Below, piece by piece: positions 19,076-30,045 of a stretch of DNA of 32,000 nt. The stretch comes from Wolbachia endosymbiont of Drosophila innubila (GTDB lineage: Bacteria > Pseudomonadota > Alphaproteobacteria > Rickettsiales > Anaplasmataceae). The stretch is taken from contig NZ_CP076228.1 in NCBI RefSeq assembly GCF_021378375.1, forward strand, positions 240,001 through 272,000. Reading direction: 5' to 3'. The stretch's first letter is position 1. Each line of letters begins with the position of its first letter. The translations under genes were made by a program, and so were the position numbers. Below the pieces are notes generated by a model. The model did no database searches. It was not told the DNA's origin and was given only the letters and a program-made list of their open reading frames with translations.

Positions 19076-20347
19076 TTGAATTTAGTGCAAACAAGGGTGT
19101 TGATATCAACCATACTCTGCAGAATCGCAATATGGTATGACTACATGCTTTTTATTGATTTGATTAACATAATCAGCAGAGAGTTTTGTTTTGCAAAAGA
19201 TGTCTACAGTAACATACTGCAATTATTTGGAATTGTAGGGCTAGGTGCAATTGTAAGGCCACTTGGTGCATTCATATTTGGTCACGTTGGTGACAGGTAT
19301 GGAAGGAGGATAGCATTAATAATTACTATCTTGCTAATATCGATACCATCAAGTCTCATTGCATTTATTCCAAGTCACAATCAAGTAGGTATAATTTCTA
19401 CTATATTGCTTCTTGCAATCCATATAACACAAGGAATTGCACTTGGTGGTGAACAAGGAAGTTCTGTTTATCTTATAGAGCATTTATCCAGTAGGAAAGA
19501 GAACTTAGGGATGTATTTTGGAATGATGGGTTTTGGTCGCTCCATTGGCGTCTTGCTTTCTGCGGTGATAGTGATTATCTGCAAAAAAACTACTGATTTT
19601 TGTACCTGGGGTTGGAGATTGCCATTTATTTTCTCAGCTATTTTAGGATTAATTAGCGCGTATAGCATATACACATTGGGAGAAACTCCAGCATATGAAA
19701 AAAATCGAAAACAAAGAAATTTACCTGATTTGCCAATAATAGAGCTTATAAAACGCCACAAGAGAGCTCTTATACTTGCTATTTTAATATCTGTACCTGT
19801 TAATGTTGCTGTTGGATTTACCATATTTCTTCGAACTCTCGCAAAGGAAATAGCATCAGTGGATGTTTATGTAACAACATATATCAACGAAATTGTATTG
19901 ATTATAACCAGTGTATTAATGCCGATATCTTCAATAGCGTTTGGAATGTTGGCTGATAAAGTTGGAAAAGAGCGCACTGCAATCTTATTTATAGCAATTA
20001 CAATGGCACTGTGTTGTCCTGCGTTATCTATTGCATATTACTATAAAAATTATCTTGTGATTGCGTTGAGCGTAATGGTTCTCTCTATAATAGAAAGGGG
20101 TATAGTTCCCATAGGAATAGTTGCATCTGAACTCTTTCCTACCAATGTTAGATTTAGTGGTGTGAGCTTATCACGCAATATCTCTTATGCGTTACATGGA
20201 GGATTTACTCCTATGGTTTGTATTTGGTTGACTGTAACATTTCCTCAAACAAACCTTGCTGCTGGGCTTTATATAGTCTTCTGCTTGTTGATCAGTGTGG
20301 TAGCAATATTGCAAATAAAACCGCAAGATAAAAATTTTGATTTGTGA
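19076..20347 (+). CDS. MFS transporter, ProP/metabolite:H+ symporter-like
   Basis: 12-TM-type protein; GLGAIVRPLGAFIFGHVGDRYGRRIALIITILLISIPSSLIAFIPSH, ALGGEQGSSVYLIEH. Confidence 0.93.
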   Translation: MNLVQTRVLISTILCRIAIWYDYMLFIDLINIISREFCFAKDVYSNILQLFGIVGLGAIVRPLGAFIFGHVGDRYGRRIALIITILLISIPSSLIAFIPSHNQVGIISTILLLAIHITQGIALGGEQGSSVYLIEHLSSRKENLGMYFGMMGFGRSIGVLLSAVIVIICKKTTDFCTWGWRLPFIFSAILGLISAYSIYTLGETPAYEKNRKQRNLPDLPIIELIKRHKRALILAILISVPVNVAVGFTIFLRTLAKEIASVDVYVTTYINEIVLIITSVLMPISSIAFGMLADKVGKERTAILFIAITMALCCPALSIAYYYKNYLVIALSVMVLSIIERGIVPIGIVASELFPTNVRFSGVSLSRNISYALHGGFTPMVCIWLTVTFPQTNLAAGLYIVFCLLISVVAILQIKPQDKNFDL

Positions 20348-20387
20348 AAGTTCTCAGTTTTCTCTTAGATTTATACCGTAACCTAAA

Positions 20388-20795
20388 TTAGGTCCTTAGT
20401 TTCTCAAAAAAATCCTTTAACAAAAAAGAGCATTCTATTTCTAATATCCCACCATAAACTTCAGGTATATGGCTGCAAAATTGAAATATCTTAGCACCAT
20501 TTTCAATTCCTCCACCTTTTGGATTATAAGCTCCAAAGTACAATCGTTTAATTCTGGCAAAGGAAATAGCTTGAGCACACATCGGACATGGTTCTAATGT
20601 TACGTACATATCAGCATCACAAAGCGTGGGAGTTGAAAATGCTTGTCTGATCGCTAACATCTCTGCATGTGCAGTTGGATCGCTGGATATATTGTGTGCA
20701 GAAGAAATGATATTGTCTCCACTCACTATTACAGCACCTATGGGCACCTCATCATTTTTTTGAGCGAGTTTGGCTTGCTCTATGGCAAGCTCCAT
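20388..20795 (-). CDS. tadA: tRNA-specific adenosine deaminase (nucleoside deaminase family)
   Basis: Zinc deaminase motifs HAEMLAIRQA and TLEPCPMCAQAISFARIKRLYFGAYNPKGG. Start chosen at MELAIEQAKLAQ (internal Met). Confidence 0.92.
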   Translation of the reverse strand: MELAIEQAKLAQKNDEVPIGAVIVSGDNIISSAHNISSDPTAHAEMLAIRQAFSTPTLCDADMYVTLEPCPMCAQAISFARIKRLYFGAYNPKGGGIENGAKIFQFCSHIPEVYGGILEIECSFLLKDFFEKLRT

Positions 20796-20820
20796 ATATT
20801 GATACTTAAACACTAGGCAC

Positions 20821-22745
<1,925 letters not shown>

Positions 22746-22889
22746 TATAGATAGGGCTGAAAATAAAAATCTTAGCAGTACAAAGCACGTAAGTCAAGAA
22801 CATCTGTCACCCAAATAACTTGAAATCTAAGTATGTATTTACTGCTTACCTTATTTTGATTAACATATGCATAAGACTTTGGGCTTAAT

Positions 22890-23405
22890 ATGTATCACAT
22901 TTTAAAATATAAAGATTATGAACCAAAAATAGACGAAAGTGCTTTCATCGCAGGTGGTTCGCATATCATAGGTAAGGTTGAAATAGGAAGAGATGCAAGC
23001 ATCTGGTTTAATTGTGTAATCAGAGGGGACGTTGGATCAATAAAAATAGGTAATGGAACAAATATTCAAGATGGAACGGTAATTCATGTGGATAGAAACC
23101 CAGGTGGTGACACAATTATTGGCAGCATGGTAACAGTGGGACATTTTTGTGTGTTGCACGCATGCACGGTGCATGATAAGGCGTTTATTGGTATGGGCTC
23201 TACCGTGATGGACCATGCAGTTGTGGAGCCTGAAGCTATGGTAGCTGCTGGCTCACTGGTAACACACGGAAAAGTGATAAAAAGTGGGGAAATATGGGCT
23301 GGCAGGCCAGCAAAATTCTTCAAAAAAATGTCGAATGAAGAAATTAAACATATTACACAATCAGCACAAAATTATATTATGCTAATGAAGGAATATAAAA
23401 ACTGA
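22890..23405 (+). CDS. Gamma carbonic anhydrase-like hexapeptide-repeat protein
   Basis: ARDASIWFNCVIRGDVGSIKIGNGTNIQDGTVIH-type repeats, TVGHFCVLHACTVHDKAFIGMGSTVMDHAVVEPEAMVAAGSLVTHGK. Confidence 0.93.
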   Translation: MYHILKYKDYEPKIDESAFIAGGSHIIGKVEIGRDASIWFNCVIRGDVGSIKIGNGTNIQDGTVIHVDRNPGGDTIIGSMVTVGHFCVLHACTVHDKAFIGMGSTVMDHAVVEPEAMVAAGSLVTHGKVIKSGEIWAGRPAKFFKKMSNEEIKHITQSAQNYIMLMKEYKN

Positions 23406-23455
23406 AGTTCGCGTCAAGTGTTTTACTTGACACGTACATTTCGGCTTAACCCTTG

Positions 23456-24205
23456 TTACTTCTTTTTCCCATTCTCATTTACTTCTTGTGCTTTTGCCCC
23501 ATCTACTTGAGTACTAAGTAATACTGCATATGTAATACCACCGGCTACGAGTGCAGATGCTACTGCTATACCAATCATTACTAACATCTCTAACTTAACT
23601 GTACGTTTAAGTGCAGTAAATGCTATCAGTCCAGCAGCAAGACCCATACCAACAGTAGCAGTGTACCGTGCTCCATTGCCTTGTTTTGGTTGCTCAGTTG
23701 TTTTGCTTTTATCTTCTAGTTTTCTATTTTTCTCCTCAGCTTCAGTCAATCGATTTTGTAAGTCTTTTATTTCATCCTTTTTGGCTTTTAACTGCTCTTT
23801 TGCAGCTTTCAATTCTGTTATTTTAACATTTTTCTCTTCTAACAATTGTACTGTGGGATGGCAAGATAGGGTTTTTACCATAATCTCCTTTTCCTCATCG
23901 TTAAGGTGTAACAGACTTTTCATTTTTTTGTGGTTAGTAAAATATTCGTTACCCTTTACCCCAACGGATTTTACATTTATGGTTACATTATCTCCTCCTA
24001 GTCCTTCTTGAGGATAAAAACCAGTAATATATAGTTGTTGATCATTTAGCGTACAATAAAACTTGTCATCAATTATAGTACCATCCCTATCTACGTCTTT
24101 ATACTTTTTGAATTCTTTATGATCATCTTTTCCTATAACAAGCACTATTTTACTTCTGTTAACCTTTATTGTACCACCCTTTAAGCTTAGCATAACGAAC
24201 CTCAA
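23456..24205 (-). CDS. Hypothetical protein with central coiled coil and C-terminal transmembrane helices
   Basis: KDEIKDLQNRLTEAEEKNRKLEDK coiled coil; GMGLAAGLIAFTA and MLVMIGIAVASALVAGGITYAVLL hydrophobic segments. Confidence 0.75.
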   Translation of the reverse strand: MRFVMLSLKGGTIKVNRSKIVLVIGKDDHKEFKKYKDVDRDGTIIDDKFYCTLNDQQLYITGFYPQEGLGGDNVTINVKSVGVKGNEYFTNHKKMKSLLHLNDEEKEIMVKTLSCHPTVQLLEEKNVKITELKAAKEQLKAKKDEIKDLQNRLTEAEEKNRKLEDKSKTTEQPKQGNGARYTATVGMGLAAGLIAFTALKRTVKLEMLVMIGIAVASALVAGGITYAVLLSTQVDGAKAQEVNENGKKK

Positions 24206-24355
24206 TTATAATTTAACATTATATAATACCCTTAGAACCTAAGGTTAAGTAATACCTTTATCATAGCATAGAAATTTATGTTTATAAACAAAAAATTTTG
24301 GCGTAAAATTGCCGTAATTGTGCTATAGCTAAAGTAATTTAGGTTTACTGACCAT

Positions 24356-24408
24356 CGTCATTCCGCTGCTTGTTAGCGGGATCTAGAGATACCGCGGCGG
24401 TATGACGT
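24356..24408. repeat. Small dispersed palindromic repeat, same class as 10936-10986
   Basis: CGTCATTCCGCTGCTTGTTAGCGGGATCTAGAGATACCGCGGCGGTATGACG. Confidence 0.88.
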
Positions 24409-24441
24409 TGCTAGCTTAAAGTTTAAAATTGAGAAATATTT

Positions 24442-27036
24442 ATGTTAAAAGAAAAATACGGCTTTAAAGAAGTTGAAGACAAATGCAACATATTGTGGGA
24501 AGGCAGTAAAGTTTACAGGTGGAATGGTGAAAAGGATAACACTTTCACTATAGACACACCTCCACCGACAATATCGGGTAAATTGCATATTGGCCATATA
24601 TTTAGCTATTGCCACACGGACTTTATTGCAAGGTTTCAGCGCATGCTGGGAAAAGATGTGTTTTACCCAATTGGGTTTGATGATAATGGGCTTCCCACTG
24701 AAAGATTGGTTGAGCAAACCTATAAAACCCGCGCAAAAGAAGTTGGCAGGGAAAAATTTATAGAGATGTGCCATGAGGTTATTGAAAAATCAAAGCAAGA
24801 ATTCAAGGAATTATTTAAATCGGTCGGCATTAGTTATGACTGGGATTTGGAATATCACACGATCAGCAAGGAAACTGTGACGCTTTCACAGATGTCGTTT
24901 ATTGATCTATATAATAAAGGGTATGCATATAGAAAAATGCAGCCCATCCTTTGGGACCCGGTTGATAAAACAGCAATTGCGCAAGCAGAAATAGAAGATA
25001 AAGTTTTTGAGTCATCCTTAAATACGATAGTTTTCTCTACTGAAGAAAATGAGCAGATCAACATTGCAACTACGCGACCTGAGTTACTTCCAGCATGTGT
25101 TGCAGTTTTTTGTCATCCAGAGGATGCGCGCTACACCCATCTGATCGGAAAAACAGCCGTGGTGCCGATCACAGAGACAAAAGTTCCAATAATAGCTGAT
25201 GATAAGGTTAAAATAGATAAAGGCACTGGGCTTGTTATGTGCTGTACGTTTGGTGATGAACTCGACATATATTGGCAGCAAAAGCATAATCTACCGATGA
25301 AAATTATCATCGATCAGGATGGGAGGATGAGCCTTCATTCAGTACATGGTCAGAAGGAAGAAATATGGATCCCAGTGTCTAGGCACTGGGATGACACCAT
25401 AGGGGCTACTGGGATGACAGGAGAAAGGGCTACTCAGATGACAAAGGAAGGTGGGTGTGATCAGAAAGAAGAATGGATCCCAGTGTCAGCTACTCGGATG
25501 ACAGACGATATACTAAATGAAATAAATGGATTGAAAGTTACAGCAGCAAGAAAGCGGATAATCGAAATCCTAACTGAAAAAGGACTTTTGGTAGAAAGCA
25601 CTAACATTTCTCATTCTGTTAAGTGTGCAGAAAGATCTGGTGCACCACTTGAGATATTGCCTACTTATCAATGGTTTATCAAGACCTTAGAGCAAAAAGC
25701 TCAAGTATTAGATAAAGTAAAAGAATGCAATTGGCACCCAAGCAATATGCGTAAACGCATGGAAGTGTGGATAGAAGGGCTAAATTGGGACTGGTGCATC
25801 TCAAGGCAGCGCTATTTTGGTGTGCCATTTCCAGCGTGGTATTCCAAGCGTAAAGGAGAAGAGGGCAAAATCATCCTAGCTGAAATAAAGGCCCTACCTA
25901 TAGATCCATCGAAAGATTTACCAAAAGGGTATAGCAAAGAAGAGATTATCCCAGATCAAGATGTAATGGATACTTGGGCCACAAGTTCAATTACTCCTCA
26001 ACTAAGTGCACTGGCAGTAAACAGTGAGTTTAGCTTACCAAATCATCGCTATGATACGATATTTCCTGCAGATCTGCGCAGCCAGAGCCATGAGATAATA
26101 AGAACTTGGGCTTTTTATACTATTTTAAAGGCACATTATCATGCAAATTCTTTACCTTGGAAAAACATTATGATCAGCGGTTGGTGTTTAGCAGATGATA
26201 AGAAAAAGATGAGTAAATCAAAGGGTAACATCATCACTCCTCATGTAATACTTGAAATTTATGGAGCTGATGTAGTGCGCTATTGGGCAGCGAACTCAAG
26301 GCTTGGAGTTGATACAGTCTACTCTGAAAATACATTCAAAATTGGCAAGCGCCTCGTTACAAAACTTTGGAACGCTAGCAAGTTCGTTTCCATGTTCATG
26401 GAAAAGCATCAAGTGATGAGCATAAATTCTGCTCACGAGACAATGGATAAGTGGATATTGTCTAAGTTATACAAAGTTATAGAAAGAGCAACAAATAACC
26501 TATTACAGTTTGAATACTGCGAAGCTTTGGGCGCAATAGAGGAATTTTTTTGGAAGGATTTTTGTGATAGTTACTTGGAGTTAGTAAAAAAACGTGCGTA
26601 CGGAAGCAGTGAAGCAACCTTAAGTGCAAAACAAAGCTTGGCGTATGTGTTAAATGTTATTTTGCGGTTATTTGCACCTTTCTTGCCATACATTACAGAA
26701 GAGATATACCACCAGTTGTATAGTTATAATTCTGTACACAATCAAAGTAATTGGCCAAGCAAAGAAGAACTTATCTACGATAAATATTCAGAGGAAATGG
26801 GAGATAATGTTATTCAGATATTAAACATTATCAGAAAGATAAAGGCAGATAATAATGTATCAGTTAAGCATCTGATAAAAAAGTTGATGATAAAAGCAGA
26901 TCTACGAGAGGATAAGTTGGATCAATCCGCACAGAATGATTTGCAGGCAGTTTGCAATGCGGAAACGATAGAGTGGATGCAGTCTGAGCTTGAAACTGAA
27001 GACGAGAAATACATAGTGAATATAGATTTATATTGA
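24442..27036 (+). CDS. valS: Valyl-tRNA synthetase (archaeal-like type)
   Basis: GKLHIGHIFSYCHTDFIARFQRMLGKDVFYPIGFDDNGLPTER; KMSKSKGNIITP; WEVWIEGLNWDWCISRQRYFGVPFP-type core. Confidence 0.97.
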   Translation: MLKEKYGFKEVEDKCNILWEGSKVYRWNGEKDNTFTIDTPPPTISGKLHIGHIFSYCHTDFIARFQRMLGKDVFYPIGFDDNGLPTERLVEQTYKTRAKEVGREKFIEMCHEVIEKSKQEFKELFKSVGISYDWDLEYHTISKETVTLSQMSFIDLYNKGYAYRKMQPILWDPVDKTAIAQAEIEDKVFESSLNTIVFSTEENEQINIATTRPELLPACVAVFCHPEDARYTHLIGKTAVVPITETKVPIIADDKVKIDKGTGLVMCCTFGDELDIYWQQKHNLPMKIIIDQDGRMSLHSVHGQKEEIWIPVSRHWDDTIGATGMTGERATQMTKEGGCDQKEEWIPVSATRMTDDILNEINGLKVTAARKRIIEILTEKGLLVESTNISHSVKCAERSGAPLEILPTYQWFIKTLEQKAQVLDKVKECNWHPSNMRKRMEVWIEGLNWDWCISRQRYFGVPFPAWYSKRKGEEGKIILAEIKALPIDPSKDLPKGYSKEEIIPDQDVMDTWATSSITPQLSALAVNSEFSLPNHRYDTIFPADLRSQSHEIIRTWAFYTILKAHYHANSLPWKNIMISGWCLADDKKKMSKSKGNIITPHVILEIYGADVVRYWAANSRLGVDTVYSENTFKIGKRLVTKLWNASKFVSMFMEKHQVMSINSAHETMDKWILSKLYKVIERATNNLLQFEYCEALGAIEEFFWKDFCDSYLELVKKRAYGSSEATLSAKQSLAYVLNVILRLFAPFLPYITEEIYHQLYSYNSVHNQSNWPSKEELIYDKYSEEMGDNVIQILNIIRKIKADNNVSVKHLIKKLMIKADLREDKLDQSAQNDLQAVCNAETIEWMQSELETEDEKYIVNIDLY
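25345..25506 (+). repeat. Palindromic-element-derived insertion read in frame inside valS (boundaries approximate)
   Basis: GGATCCCAGTGTCTAGGCACTGGGATGAC and a second partial unit CAGAAAGAAGAATGGATCCCAGTGTCAGC...GGATGACAG; encodes GQKEEIWIPVSRHWDDTIGATGMTGERATQMTKEGGCDQKEEWIPVSATRMTD. Confidence 0.8.
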
Positions 27037-27102
27037 TTTTTATAGCTTTACTTCCTTTAATATCCATGCTATTGTAATCATTATTAGTATGAGGGAATAA
27101 TA

Positions 27103-27260
27103 ATGGGGGATTTATATAATAAAGCCAATGCACCGTATCTTATAGCTGGTGCTCTTGCTACTTTGGTATTGCTTGCGTCTGGGACACTTGCCGTTGCCCC
27201 TTATGTTGAGTTCTTGTCTTCAGTTGCAGCCTTTAATGTAGCTCTTCCTGTTGCTTTGAG
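27103..27260 (+). pseudogene. 5' fragment of an IS-disrupted membrane-anchored coiled-coil/AAA gene
   Basis: MGDLYNKANAPYLIAGALATLVLLASGTLAVAPYVEFLSSVAAFNVALPVALS, continued in the same frame at 28688 after the IS is removed. Confidence 0.85.
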
Positions 27261-27273
27261 CATACGCGTCAAG

Positions 27274-27906
27274 TTAAGAGATTGTAAGTAAATTCAGGGA
27301 AGTTAAGGTAGATACTCTAGTTTTTCTGTACTTGTCTTTTAATGAAAATCGAGACCAAGTTATGGTAAGCTTTTTAAGAAAAACTTTCAAACTATTAACT
27401 TTATTCTTTAGTGCTAAAAATAACTCTATAACCCGCCTTTTTAGCTCAATAAATGCCTTTGTTAAGCTAAGTTCTGTATTCTTTTTCACTTCTGTGCAAC
27501 CAACTATGCCGTGAAATATAAGAATTGCGCACAATTTAGCATATAGTTCACATAATACTCTGCATGGCTTTCCTTTTAGCTTATCAAGTCTGATATGGCT
27601 TTTATACAATTTAAATAATAACTCAATTTGCCACCTTACTCTGTAAATCGTTAATACTTGCTCAGCACTAATTTTATTTTCTGGAACATTAGTTATAAAT
27701 ATTGACCAGTTCAACAATTTTTGATTTCTTTTAGAGGATGTATATCCCTGCGATCTTGCTAATCTATTAGCTTTCCTTCTTCTGGCCATAGACTGTTCTT
27801 CAGTTAGTTTCTGACATATAATTCTTACTCTAATTTTTGCTTCTTTTCCTAACAATACCTCGTTTTCTAAAAATAACTTATCCTCTAAACATTCTAATAA
27901 CTCCAT
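27274..27906 (-). CDS. IS4-type transposase, C-terminal frame
   Basis: Contains a Y-(2)-R-(3)-E-(6)-K signature: YRVRWQIELLFKLYK. Confidence 0.9.
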   Translation of the reverse strand: MELLECLEDKLFLENEVLLGKEAKIRVRIICQKLTEEQSMARRRKANRLARSQGYTSSKRNQKLLNWSIFITNVPENKISAEQVLTIYRVRWQIELLFKLYKSHIRLDKLKGKPCRVLCELYAKLCAILIFHGIVGCTEVKKNTELSLTKAFIELKRRVIELFLALKNKVNSLKVFLKKLTITWSRFSLKDKYRKTRVSTLTSLNLLTIS

Positions 27907-28553
27907 TTTTGATTTGTTTCTACATCATATATGTTGGTATCGGATTTATAACGACTTATGAAATAAGCTCCTATTTCATTGATTTGTTTAAAAGAACTTG
28001 GCACAAAATAACCGAGATCAGATATTAGCAAATCATTGCTTAATATATTACTTAAATGTTTCCTATATCCCTGGTCTGATCTTACTCCCTCCGTTAAATT
28101 AAGTTGGTCTATTATCTGATTCATGTAGTCGAAAACTAATTGTAACTTTATTCCAGATTTAGTATTGCTTTCATAGCCACTGTAGCTAGTACCATAACCT
28201 TTATACATCTCTTCCATACTGTTAGGTAGAGTAATATAGCTACTGTCCAATAATTTAACACTATTAAATTGCTGTAAGATTTTGCAATCAACTTGCAAGA
28301 TATTTTTGAAGAGAAGCACAGATTCATTATACATCCTTTTCATAAATTCCACTGCTTCTTCAGTAAATCTAAAATCCAAACCTTGTTTTGTTATATCTAT
28401 CGAGTCCTCGTTTAGTAATTGACACATTGTTTCTACGCTACAATTATCAACCCCTATATTACCCAAGACCATGGCTTTTACGAACGATGAACCTTTTAGC
28501 TTTCTTTTTTTTATAAACCTTGTTGTAATTGAGATTTTGTCTGCTTTTTTCAT
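27894..28553 (-). CDS. IS4-type transposase, N-terminal frame
   Basis: Candidate catalytic Asp regions LLDSSYITLP and LLISDLGYF; overlaps the C-terminal ORF by 13 nt in a different frame at an A5 tract. Confidence 0.88.
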   Translation of the reverse strand: MKKADKISITTRFIKKRKLKGSSFVKAMVLGNIGVDNCSVETMCQLLNEDSIDITKQGLDFRFTEEAVEFMKRMYNESVLLFKNILQVDCKILQQFNSVKLLDSSYITLPNSMEEMYKGYGTSYSGYESNTKSGIKLQLVFDYMNQIIDQLNLTEGVRSDQGYRKHLSNILSNDLLISDLGYFVPSSFKQINEIGAYFISRYKSDTNIYDVETNQKWSY

Positions 28554-28687
28554 TAAAAATTCTTTGAGCTTTTTGATAAGCTAGTTATTTTATTCATTGG
28601 TTCTCTCACTAAAAGTATTTCTGGGAGAACTTATACCTTATTATTCTATCTCTTTCATACCTTTATTTCCTTAACTTGACGCGTATG

Positions 28688-29245
28688 GTTGCTTTGAGTT
28701 TGTCTATACTTTCTGTTCTGGTGCTTGTACTTTCATGTAAAATGATCAGCCAGAATAAAAAGCTTGATGCACAAAAAGCAGAACCTAATGAAAAAAATGG
28801 ATTAGCTAAAGAGCAAGAAAATATAATACAAAGCTTAGAGCCTCAAATCAAAGAGCTAAATGAGAGGCTTAGTAGTCAGTACAATGAGATTGAAAAGCTA
28901 ATTGCTAGTGCTGCAAAAAAAGAGGAGCTAAATAAGCTTAACAATGAAGTGAAAGAGCTAAAGGTAAAGATTGCTAGTGTTGCAACAAAAGAAGAGATAA
29001 ATAAGCTTAGTAATGAAGTTGAAAAGCTAATTGGTAGTGCTGCAACAAAAGATGAAATGGAAGAGCTAAAGGCAAAGATTGCTAGTGCTGCAACAGAAAG
29101 TAAAACACAAGAAAAGATTTTTATGAAATTTTGCGCAAAAGGTGAAAAAAGAGGGAAGAAAGCATTTGAGGATTTTATATTTATAAAAGAGATAAAAACA
29201 AAATTAGTAAATATTTATGAATCAATAAAAATAATATTAATATAG
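28688..29245 (+). pseudogene. Middle fragment of the disrupted gene: TM segment plus coiled-coil repeats
   Basis: VALSLSILSVLVLVLSCKMISQNKKLDAQKAEPNEKNG... continues the 27103 reading frame after the duplicated target site. Confidence 0.8.
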
Positions 29246-30045
29246 TGTCTTCAGCAAAATCAGGTGATTCAGAAGAAGAGCAAGAAAAAATACAAAGAGG
29301 ATTCATTTTTCACGGTCCAGGAGGAACTGGTAAGAGTTCAATTGTTGAGGCGATTGGGGATCAGCTGATATCTCTAACTACATTTATAAAAGTTTCTGGA
29401 GCTGATTTGCTTGAAAAATCAAATATAAATGAGCTTTTTAATAAAGCAAACGAAAACGCTCCTTGTATAGTTCTTATAGATGAAATCGACAGCTTTGGCA
29501 AGGGACGCACTGATGCCAATCGAGTACCTTTAAATTATTTTTTCACTAGATTCGATGAAGCTGATAAAGGTGTGACGGTGTTTGCTACAACTAATGTTAG
29601 TCTGCAAGATTTAGATGCATCACTTGTTAGGGGAAGTCGTTTGAGTAGTAAACTCAAGTTTACTATGATAGAAGGAAGTATACTTAAGAATATACTGAAG
29701 GATGGTCTGAATGAAAAATTAAAAAATAAAAAGTACAAGCATGCTATCTCAAGAATTTTAAACGAAACAACACTTACAACACTCTCTATCTCAGCAGCAG
29801 ATGTGGAATGTTTTATAAATTATATAGTTGAAAAGTTAAACAACAAGATTGGAACTTCTGCTTATACTATAATTAAAGATTTTTGTATTAAATATAATAT
29901 TGGAGAGGTGTCGAATAAGCAGACTAACAGGAAAATTGAAAATTCTATAGGAGAATCACAGCAATACACATCTAGACCATCACATAAGCTGAATGACGCT
30001 TTATGTGATTCTGGATATACCAGTATGTTCTACCCCGATCAATAG
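29245..30045 (+). CDS. AAA+ ATPase domain protein, probably the C-terminal part of the disrupted gene
   Basis: Walker A GPGGTGKSS, Walker B CIVLIDEID; GTG at 29245 overlaps the stop of the preceding fragment. Confidence 0.8.
   Translation: MSSAKSGDSEEEQEKIQRGFIFHGPGGTGKSSIVEAIGDQLISLTTFIKVSGADLLEKSNINELFNKANENAPCIVLIDEIDSFGKGRTDANRVPLNYFFTRFDEADKGVTVFATTNVSLQDLDASLVRGSRLSSKLKFTMIEGSILKNILKDGLNEKLKNKKYKHAISRILNETTLTTLSISAADVECFINYIVEKLNNKIGTSAYTIIKDFCIKYNIGEVSNKQTNRKIENSIGESQQYTSRPSHKLNDALCDSGYTSMFYPDQ

Larger units (their letters stand above)
27261..28687 (-). mobile_element. IS4-family-like insertion sequence, 1427 bp
   Basis: 18-bp TIRs CATACGCGTCAAGTTAAG (27261-27278) / CTTAACTTGACGCGTATG (28670-28687); 11-bp target duplication GTTGCTTTGAG at 27250-27260 and 28688-28698. 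Confidence 0.95.

Noticed and set aside
23661-24011. 116-aa plus-strand ORF rich in Ser and Phe
   Set aside because: Antisense to coiled-coil-coding DNA; composition is the expected mirror of Lys/Glu-rich sequence.
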